Below are positions 38,751 to 49,783 of a stretch of DNA of 64,000 nucleotides, one piece after another. The notes beneath the pieces are model-generated. The model was not told the origin of the DNA, did no database searches, and saw only the letters and a program-made list of their open reading frames with translations. Source of the DNA: Lophium mytilinum (Eukaryota); NCBI GenBank assembly GCA_010093605.1, contig MU004182.1, forward strand, positions 963,032-1,027,031, in the 5' to 3' direction. Both the position numbers and the translations under genes were made by a program. Positions within the stretch are counted from its first letter, which is position 1; the number at the start of each line of letters is the position of its first letter.

Positions 38751-39724
38751 CTAAGATGGCTTGTATTTCTCGCCAATTCCTCTCTGAACAGCAGACCTCC
38801 CTGCAATCCTCTCAATCCATTTGAGCAGATGTGGAAATTCCTTGAACTCTTCCTCCGTGTACCCACTGCCTTGCCAGAGTTTCACCCACGCCCAGGTCCC
38901 AATATCCGCCACAGTGTACTTTCCTGCACCCTTCCCGGCAAGGAATTCTTTCGGCTGGCCGGTATACTTGCCAGACAGCTGAAGTTCGAGAACGCCAAAC
39001 ACTCGATACGTCTCCTTTCGAAATCGATTGATGGCAACTAGTTGGTGATGCTTACATCAGCACCCTTGGATTACGTTTGTATGGAGGTGGGACGCATTCA
39101 TATGCTACAACTTACACTCGCTCTGCTCTTGTGCGCGTCTGAAGAAACCGAGATTTCCTTGATATGGAGCACCGCTGCCATGCCAGAAAAACAGCCATTG
39201 CAGCAGCTCGCTTTGCTCGAGTTCGTCCGTGAACCCAAAACGATGATCTTTGTCAAACTTCAAGAGGTACAGGAGCTCTGCAGAAGTCTCCATCACTGGG
39301 AATGGAGGCGATTGAGTATTGTCAACGATGACTGGGATTCGACCTGGCCAAAGTTAGTGTCTGTGAAAATCAATAAAGGGAATCAAAATACCATTTGGAT
39401 TGAGACGGAGAAACCAATCTTTCTTCTGTTCGTTCGTCGATATGTTACTTCATCAAGACGGGGTTAGCATTGATCTTGTTGACTGGAAAGAACACTTCAC
39501 TAACATAAGAGTAGTTGTCCATTCTGTTCCATATACATCTGCTAGTTCTTCAAGAAAGATCTGTACTTTCTGGCCATTCGGGGTGTTCTGCGTGATCAAA
39601 TGAAGACCCTAATTTGCCTTAATTAGCAGACTGCTTTATGAAAAGCGCTGACAGAGCGGAGTTTGGGTACCTTGGCATTTTTGACATCCGCAGGAGTCTG
39701 ATCGCTATATGGGTGGGTAGCCAT
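38751..39724 (-). CDS. Glutathione S-transferase (Ure2/YfcG-like)
   Basis: TPNGQKVQIFLEEL, WFLRLNPNG, METSAELLYL, LQWLFFWHGSGAPYQG, YTVADIGTWAW; four introns. Confidence 0.92.
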
Positions 39725-40131
39725 TATGTGAGACAATGTTTCCGTAGTACGAATCGTTTGGATTTGAAAAGAGATGAACTTGCAACAAAATGCGAATTCA
39801 AGTTGGGATTGAGGTACAGCTCCTATGTAAGGTGCGGTCTGATGACTTATATTAGAAAAGCGATTGCGTGCTAACTCCTGACAAATCGTCACAACTTGGC
39901 GGAGTTTGAGTTGAGGTTGAGCTCATTATTTGTAATCACCTCCGAAAGTGTGCCCCTCAGACAGCGAGATCGGAATTTCGCATAATCAGCGAGAACCAGG
40001 CATCGCCGTTTGGTGTCACAAAAGATTAGTTAGATAATACGGAATACCATAGTTGTCTTCTCATGAGGTTAAAGACAACTATAGTATTCCGTAGGTAGTT
40101 AGCGAAACTTCTACAAAGGCACGTGAAAGGT

Positions 40132-40147
40132 ATCGGGAATTTCCGAT
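40132..40147. promoter_or_regulatory. Zn2Cys6 site ATCGG-N6-CCGAT (UaY/Ppr1 spacing)
   Basis: atcgg gaattt ccgat in the GST/binding-protein divergent promoter, with related half sites near 39970 and 40203. Confidence 0.6.
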
Positions 40148-40408
40148 CGCACGTATCCGATCCCAAGCCTGCCTCCGATAACGATACGTCTACATCTTCG
40201 CGATTTTCCGATCGTAGTGAAGCGTTAGGGCTCCTCCGACGTATCTCCTTTGAGTATGAGAATGACCGTGCAACGAGGACTTAGGTATTTGAATGCTTTA
40301 AGGGCATCGTTCTTCCGAATATACTTCATTCCATAGCACATCTTGACGATTCCAAGCTTCATCTTTCTGTACACAATCTTCTTATCACTGAAAAGAGAAG
40401 TAATCGTC

Positions 40409-41329
40409 ATGCAACCCTTCAACCTTACCGCTACCGGCTACAATCTCAACTATCTCCCCGAGTACATCGCGCTTCGTCATGGCTTCTTCCGCGAGCAAGG
40501 ACTCGACGTTAAAGTGACAATCCCTACGCCCTGGGACGGCGTGCTCGACGCCCTCGCGGACGGCACAGCCGACATGGCTCTTGGTGGTATCTGGGTACCA
40601 TCAATGTATCGCGACCGGGTCCAGAATTACACCGTTTTTGCGCAAATCGCGAACCGTTGCCCCCTTGCCATACTACAACATGGCTCTCCGGAAGGGCTCA
40701 AGCTGGCTGATATGGCTGGGAAGACCGTCCTGATGAAGTCAGGCGGTGGGGCAAGCGTTGGTCTGTTCTTCAAGATGCTGCTGCGCGAGAACGGCATCGA
40801 CGCGAGGTCTGTCGACTACATCCAGGACCTCGACGGTAAAATGCTAGGCGACTTGTTCCAAGGTGGGATGGGCGATTACTTTGTTACAGACAACCTCTCT
40901 GCTCTGGCTATGGTTGCGCGTAATCCTAAAGTCTCAATTGCCATGCAAACGGTCACGCAGGGCGACATCCCGTGGAGCGTGTACTACCGGGAGACCGCCA
41001 CAATCACCCCTGAGGTTCTTGATGCGCAAAGGCGGTTCTGTATCGGCCTGGAAAAGGGTATAGAATGGGTGCTCGAGCACGACGCAGAGACGTTCAGAGA
41101 TGAACTCGCAGAGCTCTTTCCCGCAGTCCCCGTCGATGTCGCTGTCAGCGTGACCAACGCTTTCCGTCGCGACGGCATGTGGACATCTACCTCTGTGTCC
41201 CGCAACGGATTCGAGCGGTGGCAGCTGGGGCTCCGCGATGCGCGTTTGGTCAAGGAGCCGATTGCCTACAACGACATTGTCAGAGATGGACCCGCGGCTG
41301 CAGCGCAAGAAGCAGCGCGGACACCGTAA
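40409..41329 (+). CDS. NMT1/THI5-like (SsuA/TauA-type) substrate-binding-fold protein, intronless, no signal peptide
   Basis: YLPEYIALRHGFFREQGLDV, VLDALADGTADMALGG, LADMAGKTV, LLRENGID are typical of type 2 periplasmic binding proteins; 306 aa. Confidence 0.85.
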   Translation: MQPFNLTATGYNLNYLPEYIALRHGFFREQGLDVKVTIPTPWDGVLDALADGTADMALGGIWVPSMYRDRVQNYTVFAQIANRCPLAILQHGSPEGLKLADMAGKTVLMKSGGGASVGLFFKMLLRENGIDARSVDYIQDLDGKMLGDLFQGGMGDYFVTDNLSALAMVARNPKVSIAMQTVTQGDIPWSVYYRETATITPEVLDAQRRFCIGLEKGIEWVLEHDAETFRDELAELFPAVPVDVAVSVTNAFRRDGMWTSTSVSRNGFERWQLGLRDARLVKEPIAYNDIVRDGPAAAAQEAARTP

Positions 41330-42280
41330 AGCGTGCTCAACTTCGATGCACCACCTCGCTTTCCATTGCGACACGAACACCTTGATGATAACAGTGAATG
41401 GAGACCGTCCAATCATCGTCCATCGCGGCTATCATTCATTGACAAGTCGTCATAAAGGACTCGTTGCCGCCACTAAAAGCGGGTCACGCCTTCAATTTCA
41501 GAGTGTACTAGCAATAGTTTACATAGCCAGCCACGCGGGCCATGGAAAAAGATGGCACTTTGTTATGCCTTTCATGGACCTGTCTGCCGGTGTTTCCGGT
41601 GCTTCAATGCTTTTCAGAACGTTTACTTTTAGCTTTGGGCGATGTGGAAACTTGTTGAAGCTCTCTAAACAGTGGCAGACAGGTGCACCTATCTACTAGG
41701 CAGATTGGCTATAAGAAGCGTGATAGAATAGATAAGTGGCTGTAGAAATATAGATCCGTCAGATACACCCACTATCTCGATGCTTGCGTACGCTTTGTTT
41801 AGCACGGCCTGAGTCCTCCAGTATGCTATTGCTTTCATGAAGTACCAGCTTTGGCAAGCCTGATAGCTCTTCGGGCTACCTCACACGGTGCTGAACTGTT
41901 GGAGTGTGCCACTTTTTGTCCTGCCTAGCGTTCCAGCATACTCAATCTAATTCGTCGGTTCTGGTATCAAACTCGGTTTATTGAGTGTCAGGGACGGAAA
42001 TTGGACATGTTGAAGGTGGACAGGATTGAATCACGACTGCAAGTACCACTTAATCAGCATATAGTTGTACACTCACATTATCAAACTCGAAACACGGCAT
42101 TTTGGGTATAGATTTGGCGAAACCTCGTACAGGTTGCACGTGATTTGCTCGCTAATGAAGTATTTCATTCCATTCAGACCGAGGCAGACTGTTAGTGTGA
42201 AGTTATATGGAATACAGTTTTACATAATAACATCGGCTTAACCTAGAGATAAAACAATAGATATAGCTAAGCTGCTTATA

Positions 42281-44612
42281 TTACGAAAAGGGATCGGATC
42301 CAAAGTTGAATCCCGATTCCGTCATAGCAATATCAAGTCCCAGGTCGCCGAAGTTCATATCCGGGAACTCAGGCCATTGCGCAGCCGAACTAAGCATCTC
42401 GCCAAAGGCGAAGTTGTCTGTTGAGAGCATGGTTGACATGTCGTAGGCGCTTTCCCGGCTTGAGAACATACCTCCACGAGGAGGCTGGAGTTGTAGAAGC
42501 AGATCCTCTACTTGCTTCTCAAAGTGCACACCATTTTGACGAGTTTTCTCGGCGTCATTGGTGACGAGCCAATCGGTTGTTACCGAAGAGAGAGTATCAA
42601 AGATATCGCGACAACCTGCAGCTCCCTGGAAGGTTTCTGACATAGCAGAGAGTGTTGAAGCGCAGGATTGAAGTGTCGAGATGCTGTTGCTGACGGAATT
42701 CCGGTCTCGTATCTCTTTCGACTGCCAGAGGCCATATATAACTGCCAAGCCTGCTATGAAGAGATCATGGACCGACTTCCATAGCACATCAAGTTTCCCC
42801 TCTCGCTGTAGTATCTTGATGCTTCCGATTAGGTTGCAGGCAGCTTCAAAAGAAATGGATAATGCCTCTGTAGGCTGGTGTTGGACGCTGGGGTTGGGCC
42901 GGTACAGCAGTAGGATTGAGTTATTGTAAATGGCATCCCAGTAAGTCTGATTTGCGAATATGGAAGATGGGTGTGCTTTACTAGGGTTTGGAATAGTGCT
43001 GTACCATTCCTGCAGACGAGGCTGGATGTCCTGAACACACGTTGCGAAATTGGGCTTGGGGTAGGCTTTCTTCAGAGGCCAGGCTTGGCTGTGCTGTACA
43101 TGCCTGATTTCAGATTCGAGCTTTGCCATGCTGAACAAGTGATTGTGAGCTCGTTGGTGGTGGATACTAAAGTCGTTGGTCTCGTGGCCAAGGGGTCGGC
43201 GAGATGCCGCCCATGGATTTGGAAGCTGTACACGAGTGCTGTTGTCGTCAATCCCAAAGGGGCTATATCCAGTATTCTTTGTTAGCTTACTAGACGCTGC
43301 AAAGTCGGGGAAAAGGTTTTAACAAGACTAACCGGCCGAGCGTGATTCCCAATACGCGGTCAAAATGGTAGGCGGAGTACCATAACCGCCGGCGATCGTT
43401 CAACAGGGCTGATTCTGTGTCGAGAAACTGTTCTTCGGTTTCCGAATGCAGACCCATGTCAATGCATAGTCGTAGGGCGATGCCAGTCAAATGCCATAGG
43501 CTCCCCTGCCAGGGGCACATCGATACGAATTGGGCTAAAAGGAGTACAGCCCGGAGAGTCTCGAGGTCACTTTTTGAGTAGGTGATAACCTTTTCGATCC
43601 AGCCAATCGCCGATCGGAAACAGCCCTCGCTTTGCATTACTCGACTCTTCCCACCTGATGGGTTGGGTACGTTGCAGAGGGCGATGGCGAAGATCATGTA
43701 GGTAGTGAAAACATCCCTCTCAACTACTCGATTTGAGGGTTGATGACCGTTTATGAAGAGGTATGCGCTCTCAAGGGCTTCCTCGACCTGTGACCGCTCC
43801 ATGATTGGTAGATGAGGGGTGCGATACTGGAAGTACACTTGGATAAGATGATCTGCAGCAGATCGAGGCGGTAAGGAGGCTTCAGGTGCTAGTGCAGGCG
43901 CAGAGGCAGACGAGGATTGGCCATGTGAACGGTCCTTGGGAAATAGAGCGGAGGGTGGCAGGGCATCGCTGCGGATTGATGCCATCACCATTCTGGCGAG
44001 CGTGATGCCGCTGCTTGGTCCCAAAAACCGCGGCTGTCTTGACGGCTCAACTATGACGTCTCTGACACTTTTGACCAAATCTTGGACATGACCTGAGTTT
44101 TCGTCAGGAGTGGTGGGTTCTTCTGCAGGAGTGCTGTTGAGTGTGCGTATTGCTGGAGAAGATGGTTCAATGACTTGAGTAGACTGATTTCGCGCTCGTA
44201 GCTCTCGATTTTCGCGGTTCAACTTTTCAACCTGAGACTCTAGTTCGGACACGTAATTGCGAGGTATCTTGAATAGGTTTAGTAACGTGAGATAGGATAT
44301 CGAGGAACTATCATTGAACTCACTTCGGTATGTTTCCCTGCGTGATAAGTCAAGCATTGAACCAAAGCACTCTCACAGTTGGAACAGCTTGGAATTTTCA
44401 GATCACACTGCGCATACACGCAATCATCAGCGATACGATGTACGGGCTGGAGCGAATGTGGTCATTACTTTCTGCTTTCTCCGACGACACCTGTGCACCT
44501 GGTGAGCCTCTAATCGTCGGTCCACGCCGACCCCACCAATTCCTCCGACTCACCTCTGACACGCAGTCACCCCTCTCACAAGCCTTGGACCTGAGCGCGA
44601 TGGCGAATCCAT
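42281..44612 (-). CDS. Zn(II)2Cys6 transcription factor, UaY/Ppr1-like
   Basis: Spliced ACQRCRRRKQKCDLKIPSCSNCESALVQC, IPRNYVSELESQV; fungal-specific TF domain ALRLCIDMGLH..RRRLWYSAYHFDRVLGITLGR. Confidence 0.9.
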
Positions 44613-44663
44613 TTGCGATTTCCTCTTTCCAGACTTCAAGTTTCGGCATCGAGTTTGCGACTG

Positions 44664-44734
44664 TGATAGCTGTGATAGTGGTGATAGTAGTAGAGTTGAT
44701 AAGTGATGTGTACTGGTTCTTCGGCTTGAGCCGA
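44664..44734. promoter_or_regulatory. HGATAR array and TCGG-N6-CCGA site in the TF/MFS divergent region
   Basis: TGATAG at 44664, 44673, 44682; TGATAA at 44697; tcggcttgagccga at 44721-44734. Confidence 0.6.
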
Positions 44735-45005
44735 TCGGTGCACGATTGCTAATCGAGCACTCATTGGCCGCGCCACACTTAACTAGTACAACCTTCTTGC
44801 CCTCTGATATCACTCGCGCTATCATGATTATCTACCAATCATGGCAACTTACAGTGCAATAACGACGTCCCCAAAAGACTACGAAAAGTGCTGTATTATC
44901 TGTATATAAAAGTGTGACCTGGTCACTCTTGTCTTCAACAGTTCACTGGCGACATCTCAACTTCATCCATATCTTCTCGCAATCATCTCCACTACAGACT
45001 ACACA

Positions 45006-46623
45006 ATGGAGTCTAAGCCGACAATGGAATCAAAGGGACTTTCCCAAACCGACTCTGAGAGCCCTGTCGACTATGGCTCCGGGGAAGTAGGCCCAATCAT
45101 ACACATTGATCCCGTCAAGGAGGCTGCCTGTCGGAAGAAATTCGACAAATACGTGGTGCCAGTTTCGGTCATCTTCCTTGTTCTGTCTACCCTAGACCGA
45201 AACAACGTGAGTGAAGCCTGTTTTCCGGGAACGCCATCGTTACTCATAGATGGTTAGCTTGGAAATGCTCGTGTATTCGGCTTCGACCATGATCTCGGAC
45301 TCCATGGCGGCCAATTTGGCAATATCCAGACGCTGTCGAGCGTCAGCACCGTCCTCTTTGAGGTCCCTTGGGTCATGGCTGTCAAACGCTGGGGTGCTAA
45401 AAAGTCGATCGGTACCGCATTCGTGCTCTGGAGCATTTTAACACTTGGGACTGCGTTCATCCATACCTACGCTCAGGCTATCGTCATTCGTATGCTGTTG
45501 AATGCCGCCGAAGCCGGTCTTGCCCAGGGTTTCGCCTTTCTGTTTTCCACCATCTATCCCCGGGAACTGGCAGGAAAACGTATCATGACGACCAATCTCG
45601 CCCAGTGTATCTCCGGAGCGTTTGGCGGGCTGTTCGCATATGCTATTCAGACAATGGGATCGCGAAATGGACTCGCCGCCTGGAGATGGCTCTTCATCAT
45701 CGAGTTCTTGATTACGATCGTCATTTGTGGTGTCGGCTTGTTCTTCCTCCCTAGCGAGGTTGAATCGGCATGGTTTTTGAACGAAGAAGAGAAGGAAACT
45801 ATGCGTCTGAAGAAACAGCGAGACTTCATGATCCGAGGAGCAGAAAAGCTCGACCCTAAATGGATCAAGATTGCTCTCAAGGACCCCTTTGTTTGGCTCC
45901 TCGGTATCGCTTTCTTTACCTCGTCTGTTGCCATTAACGGATTTGGTGTCTTTCTACCTACGATTATTGCTGGCCTTGGGTGAGTACCTATGCTCGATGA
46001 TATTTTGGAGTTCGCTGATTAGGTCTAGGTTTGCCTCTCTTCGGGTCAACTACATGACCATCCCAGTTTATGTCCTTGGCGCCATATCTCTCGTAATTCA
46101 GGTCTACTATTCCGACAAACTCAGGCGACGGGGAGCGTTCATCGTCGGGTGCTGCGTTCCGGTTGCCGTTGGGTATCTCATGTGCGTGGGGACACCCAAT
46201 CCGAATGTTGGCTACGCTGGCATGTTTGTTCTCGTTATAGGTCAGTTATGTTCACCTTCTGCTGTTGTCATGTAATCTAACACCTGACTAGGGCTCTATC
46301 CGATTTCCACGCTGGCTGTAACTTGGATCGCTACCAATTTGTCGCCAGACTCTAAACGTGCATTTGGAATGCCCTTCGCTTATTCGATCGCGAACATTTC
46401 TAATCTGGTGTCATCGCAACTCTACCCTTCCCAACAAGGCCCACGGTACATACAAGGCAACGCTGTCTCTGCTGGTCTGACGGTCGTTGCTGGGTTTCTC
46501 TATGGCTCTTGCTGGCTTCTGCTTAAACGCAGAAATGCAAAGAAGGCAAAGCTTATCGCGGAAGGAGCCACTACAAATGGCCTGGAAGGAGATATGAGTC
46601 TTGATTCCATGTACATTCTCTGA
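45006..46623 (+). CDS. MFS transporter, anion:cation symporter (DAL5/TNA1) family
   Basis: KKFDKYVVP..LDRNN/LGNA, GAFGGLFAYAI, WRWLFIIE, WFLNEEEK; three introns. Confidence 0.92.
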
Positions 46624-47643
46624 ACGGCACCTTGTTGCTATGCTCAGGAGTAGACTTTCAAGATTGCTGGAGTAACGGCCAAGAGTTCGTAAGATCGATT
46701 GATTTGAACTTGAGTTTATAATTTGGAGTTGTATAGTTGCGAAAATGAGAGCCTTTTAAAACTTTCGTTGACTTGATGTGAGGGCAAGGCTGTACACCAC
46801 TAAGTCCGGCAAGCGATTGGTCCACGCTGTCGGCAAAGGGTGCAACCTAGCTGCATTAGTTATATTGGATGGAATACATAAGGTCAAAGCTCAGCATGCT
46901 TTTTCGAATCCGCCAAAGGTTCTAGGCCATTTCAAAGCCTGAAGATCAACAGCAACAGTTGCTAGTAAGAGTCGAGAGATGCATGATCATCGTAGGATGT
47001 TAGCCGCGGACCACTCACAGAGTTCATTCGGCAACCCCGGTTTCTTCCCGCATATTTCGGCCGACGGCCCCCACTCACCTTTGCACTCAGGGCGCAATGC
47101 CTCCGCAAAATCGTACAACAGCACGCAGATGGATGCAAACGGAAAGCTGAGGGCGCAGCACCGCTCTCCGCTCCCCTTTCATGCGCGGAGTGCATTAGCC
47201 CCAGATATTCAAGAGATAGGGAGGTAAAATAGCGCAGCCTTGCTATGCCTCTGGCCCCATTAACATGCGCCCCCGGCACCCAGCCAGTTCTACAGCATGT
47301 TGCCACGTCCGGTGAACTAGCGCTAAGCTGAGTTGATCCTGGTCTACATCTTTTCTAGGCTATTGCGGCACCAGCTTGAGGATTGATTGGCCAGAAGGTT
47401 GCTATTACCCCCTAAAGGCGCCCGGAGTTGCTCCTTTGAACGGTAAGTCTGTGGCTTGATATTAGAGAGTGACTACCGGACGTGGGCAGATGCGGTAGCT
47501 AGGAAAAGTTAGTTAACATCCTGGCAGCCCGGCTCCTTTGCCGCGTTTCAAAGATTCAAAGCTTAATACCACTGATCGCCGAACCCACTCTGGTACATCT
47601 TGTTATTAGCGGCTTCGCATGTCCCTCGTCTTGTACTTAGAAT

Positions 47644-49587
47644 ATGGCGTATCATTCAGCGTACGGCGTGGGCGAGCATCAATCAAGCTACGAGAACATG
47701 GCCTTGACGAGTCCCGGAAGCAAGCCGCCAGACGAGTGCTACCTCCGCTCGGACGACTCCGGAATCTGGAACGGCGTCAAAGCGTGGTACATCTTCCTCT
47801 TACATTTGATTGCCTGTGGCCTCTCCGTCTTCAGCATGATTCAATGGATCGATGATCGGAATTTCTACACTGGTTCCCCTCCATCAATTTTCCAGATCAA
47901 ACATGGACTTTATCAGACTCAAGTCACTGGTCTTATATCTGTCGGACTCGTTGGCGTCCGCCTTCTGGCTGGTATCTGCACAGGGCTCCTGGTCTGGCGA
48001 ACTATTTTCATCTTACTTGAGAAGCGCGGAATGTCCCTGGCGGAGATTTCACACTTGAGCGGGTGGAGAACGCCCGTATTCCTTGTCCTGGGTTCCACAA
48101 CTGGAGCACTTTGGTCCATCTGGGCAGCCGCGGTGATCGTCTTGTTGTGGCCATCCAGCTTCGCATCTCCCCTAGCGACCTCCTCAGTAGCATGGCTACC
48201 ATCGACCAGGCTCCACAAAGCTACCCAGCCGATTGATCTGGTCTCAATAGCGAATGCTACGGACTGGTCCCCGATACTTTACGACGAAATGCGCTACTCC
48301 ACCATCGTCAGCACGGCTACTAATACTGGCAGAGATCCCTCATACGTCTTCAACTCGACTAACCTACCTCTACGGAGGTACTTCGATGCATCATCCATCC
48401 CAGAGCTAACCACGAGGAGTGTCATGGGTCTCGCAGTCCCATATTTCGACATCAAGTTAAAATGGGTGAACAACGCAACCGTTAAGAATACCGATCGCAT
48501 TGGAGCTTGGGAATACGTCGATGTGAACAACAATACCTTCTCGTGCAGAAGCGACGGAGCCGTGAACTTCTTGAGAGACGTACAATGGGATTCAAATAAT
48601 GCTACGCCTAAAGAGGCTGGAATTTTCAATGGCACGAAGCTTGTTGTCATCAAGGTTCTGACCATGACGAAAGGAATGAAATTAGATGACGGCACAATTG
48701 TGGACGAGTACACCCCTTGCCCTACCACATCATCTGTTTTTGGAAAGCTGCCCGACGTCGGTCAATATCAAAACGCGATTGTTTGGAGCAATAACCAAGC
48801 TTTTAGTGCCAATGACTGCTACTTAATCGCAGAGGCATCCATCACAGCGGGGAAATATGCTGCTTCAAACTGCACCGTATCTCCATCAGGCTCCATCGAC
48901 CGATACGCGACGTGCCAGACAGACTCCCACAATGCCACCCTCCAGGACGACTGGCTCCGAGATCTTGCGCTCGACTTCTTGTCAGAGGCCTTGAAATACA
49001 CCGTGCTGCAGAATTTCACCGATTCGTATATGCGCAACAGCACCGTAGACCAGTACACCACCGGTATGCTAACGCTGGGCTACCACGCCGCGTGGAGCGC
49101 GCTGATGGGGCGCCTGGGAAACACGACCGAGACTGCCCATTTCGTCCAAGCTGAGCAGGTCGTCAAAGCTGAGATCGAGAGACGGAAGCTCTATGGCTGG
49201 CTGGGCATGAACATCACTCTTACCGCATCCGCCATCCTCGTGTACCTTGCTCAGACCACCAGCAGAGCGAAAACCGTTCGTGATACTGCCCTCGCGGCGA
49301 TGACGATGGAGCTCACCGAAGTGATGCACAGTCCCCGTGCGAAGGGGTTGTGTAATGCTGTGGCATTGAACAAGAGAGACAAGAAACTCCCGCGCTTGAA
49401 GTGGAAAGAAAGTGTTGCGACTGGACGTGGAGGAATAGAGCCGTTTGGAGGAACAGCACCATCTGAAGAAAGGTCTTGCAGGCGAAGACTAGCTTTTGTT
49501 GATGAAACGCAACGACAGAGTCAGGGTAGCGGGATCATATCTCACAAAATAGGTATCTACAGACCAACAGGATATGAGCAGATTTGA
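47644..49587 (+). CDS. Hypothetical multi-pass membrane glycoprotein
   Basis: 647-aa ORF with about three N-terminal and one C-terminal hydrophobic segments and many N-x-S/T sites between them. Confidence 0.78.
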   Translation: MAYHSAYGVGEHQSSYENMALTSPGSKPPDECYLRSDDSGIWNGVKAWYIFLLHLIACGLSVFSMIQWIDDRNFYTGSPPSIFQIKHGLYQTQVTGLISVGLVGVRLLAGICTGLLVWRTIFILLEKRGMSLAEISHLSGWRTPVFLVLGSTTGALWSIWAAAVIVLLWPSSFASPLATSSVAWLPSTRLHKATQPIDLVSIANATDWSPILYDEMRYSTIVSTATNTGRDPSYVFNSTNLPLRRYFDASSIPELTTRSVMGLAVPYFDIKLKWVNNATVKNTDRIGAWEYVDVNNNTFSCRSDGAVNFLRDVQWDSNNATPKEAGIFNGTKLVVIKVLTMTKGMKLDDGTIVDEYTPCPTTSSVFGKLPDVGQYQNAIVWSNNQAFSANDCYLIAEASITAGKYAASNCTVSPSGSIDRYATCQTDSHNATLQDDWLRDLALDFLSEALKYTVLQNFTDSYMRNSTVDQYTTGMLTLGYHAAWSALMGRLGNTTETAHFVQAEQVVKAEIERRKLYGWLGMNITLTASAILVYLAQTTSRAKTVRDTALAAMTMELTEVMHSPRAKGLCNAVALNKRDKKLPRLKWKESVATGRGGIEPFGGTAPSEERSCRRRLAFVDETQRQSQGSGIISHKIGIYRPTGYEQI

Positions 49588-49783
49588 GAGTACATAGACA
49601 AGGGGGAAAGGCTTGAGCTGAGATGTCCCAGAAGAGGGGTTTCGTTAGGGCAAGCTGACCCCGCTCATTGTGAGACGAATGACGGGTTCATCTCCATCTT
49701 GAATTATTACAACACTGGAAACCGTTTCGTCGAGGTAGCCACGATGAGCTCGAGTGCAGCCGTATACGATTGAGTACGCCTAG

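Noticed and set aside
40409..41329. Authentic THI5/NMT1 HMP-P synthase with TPP riboswitch
   Set aside because: The catalytic Lys/His segment is absent and I see no TPP aptamer core (CTGAGA...ACCTGA) upstream.
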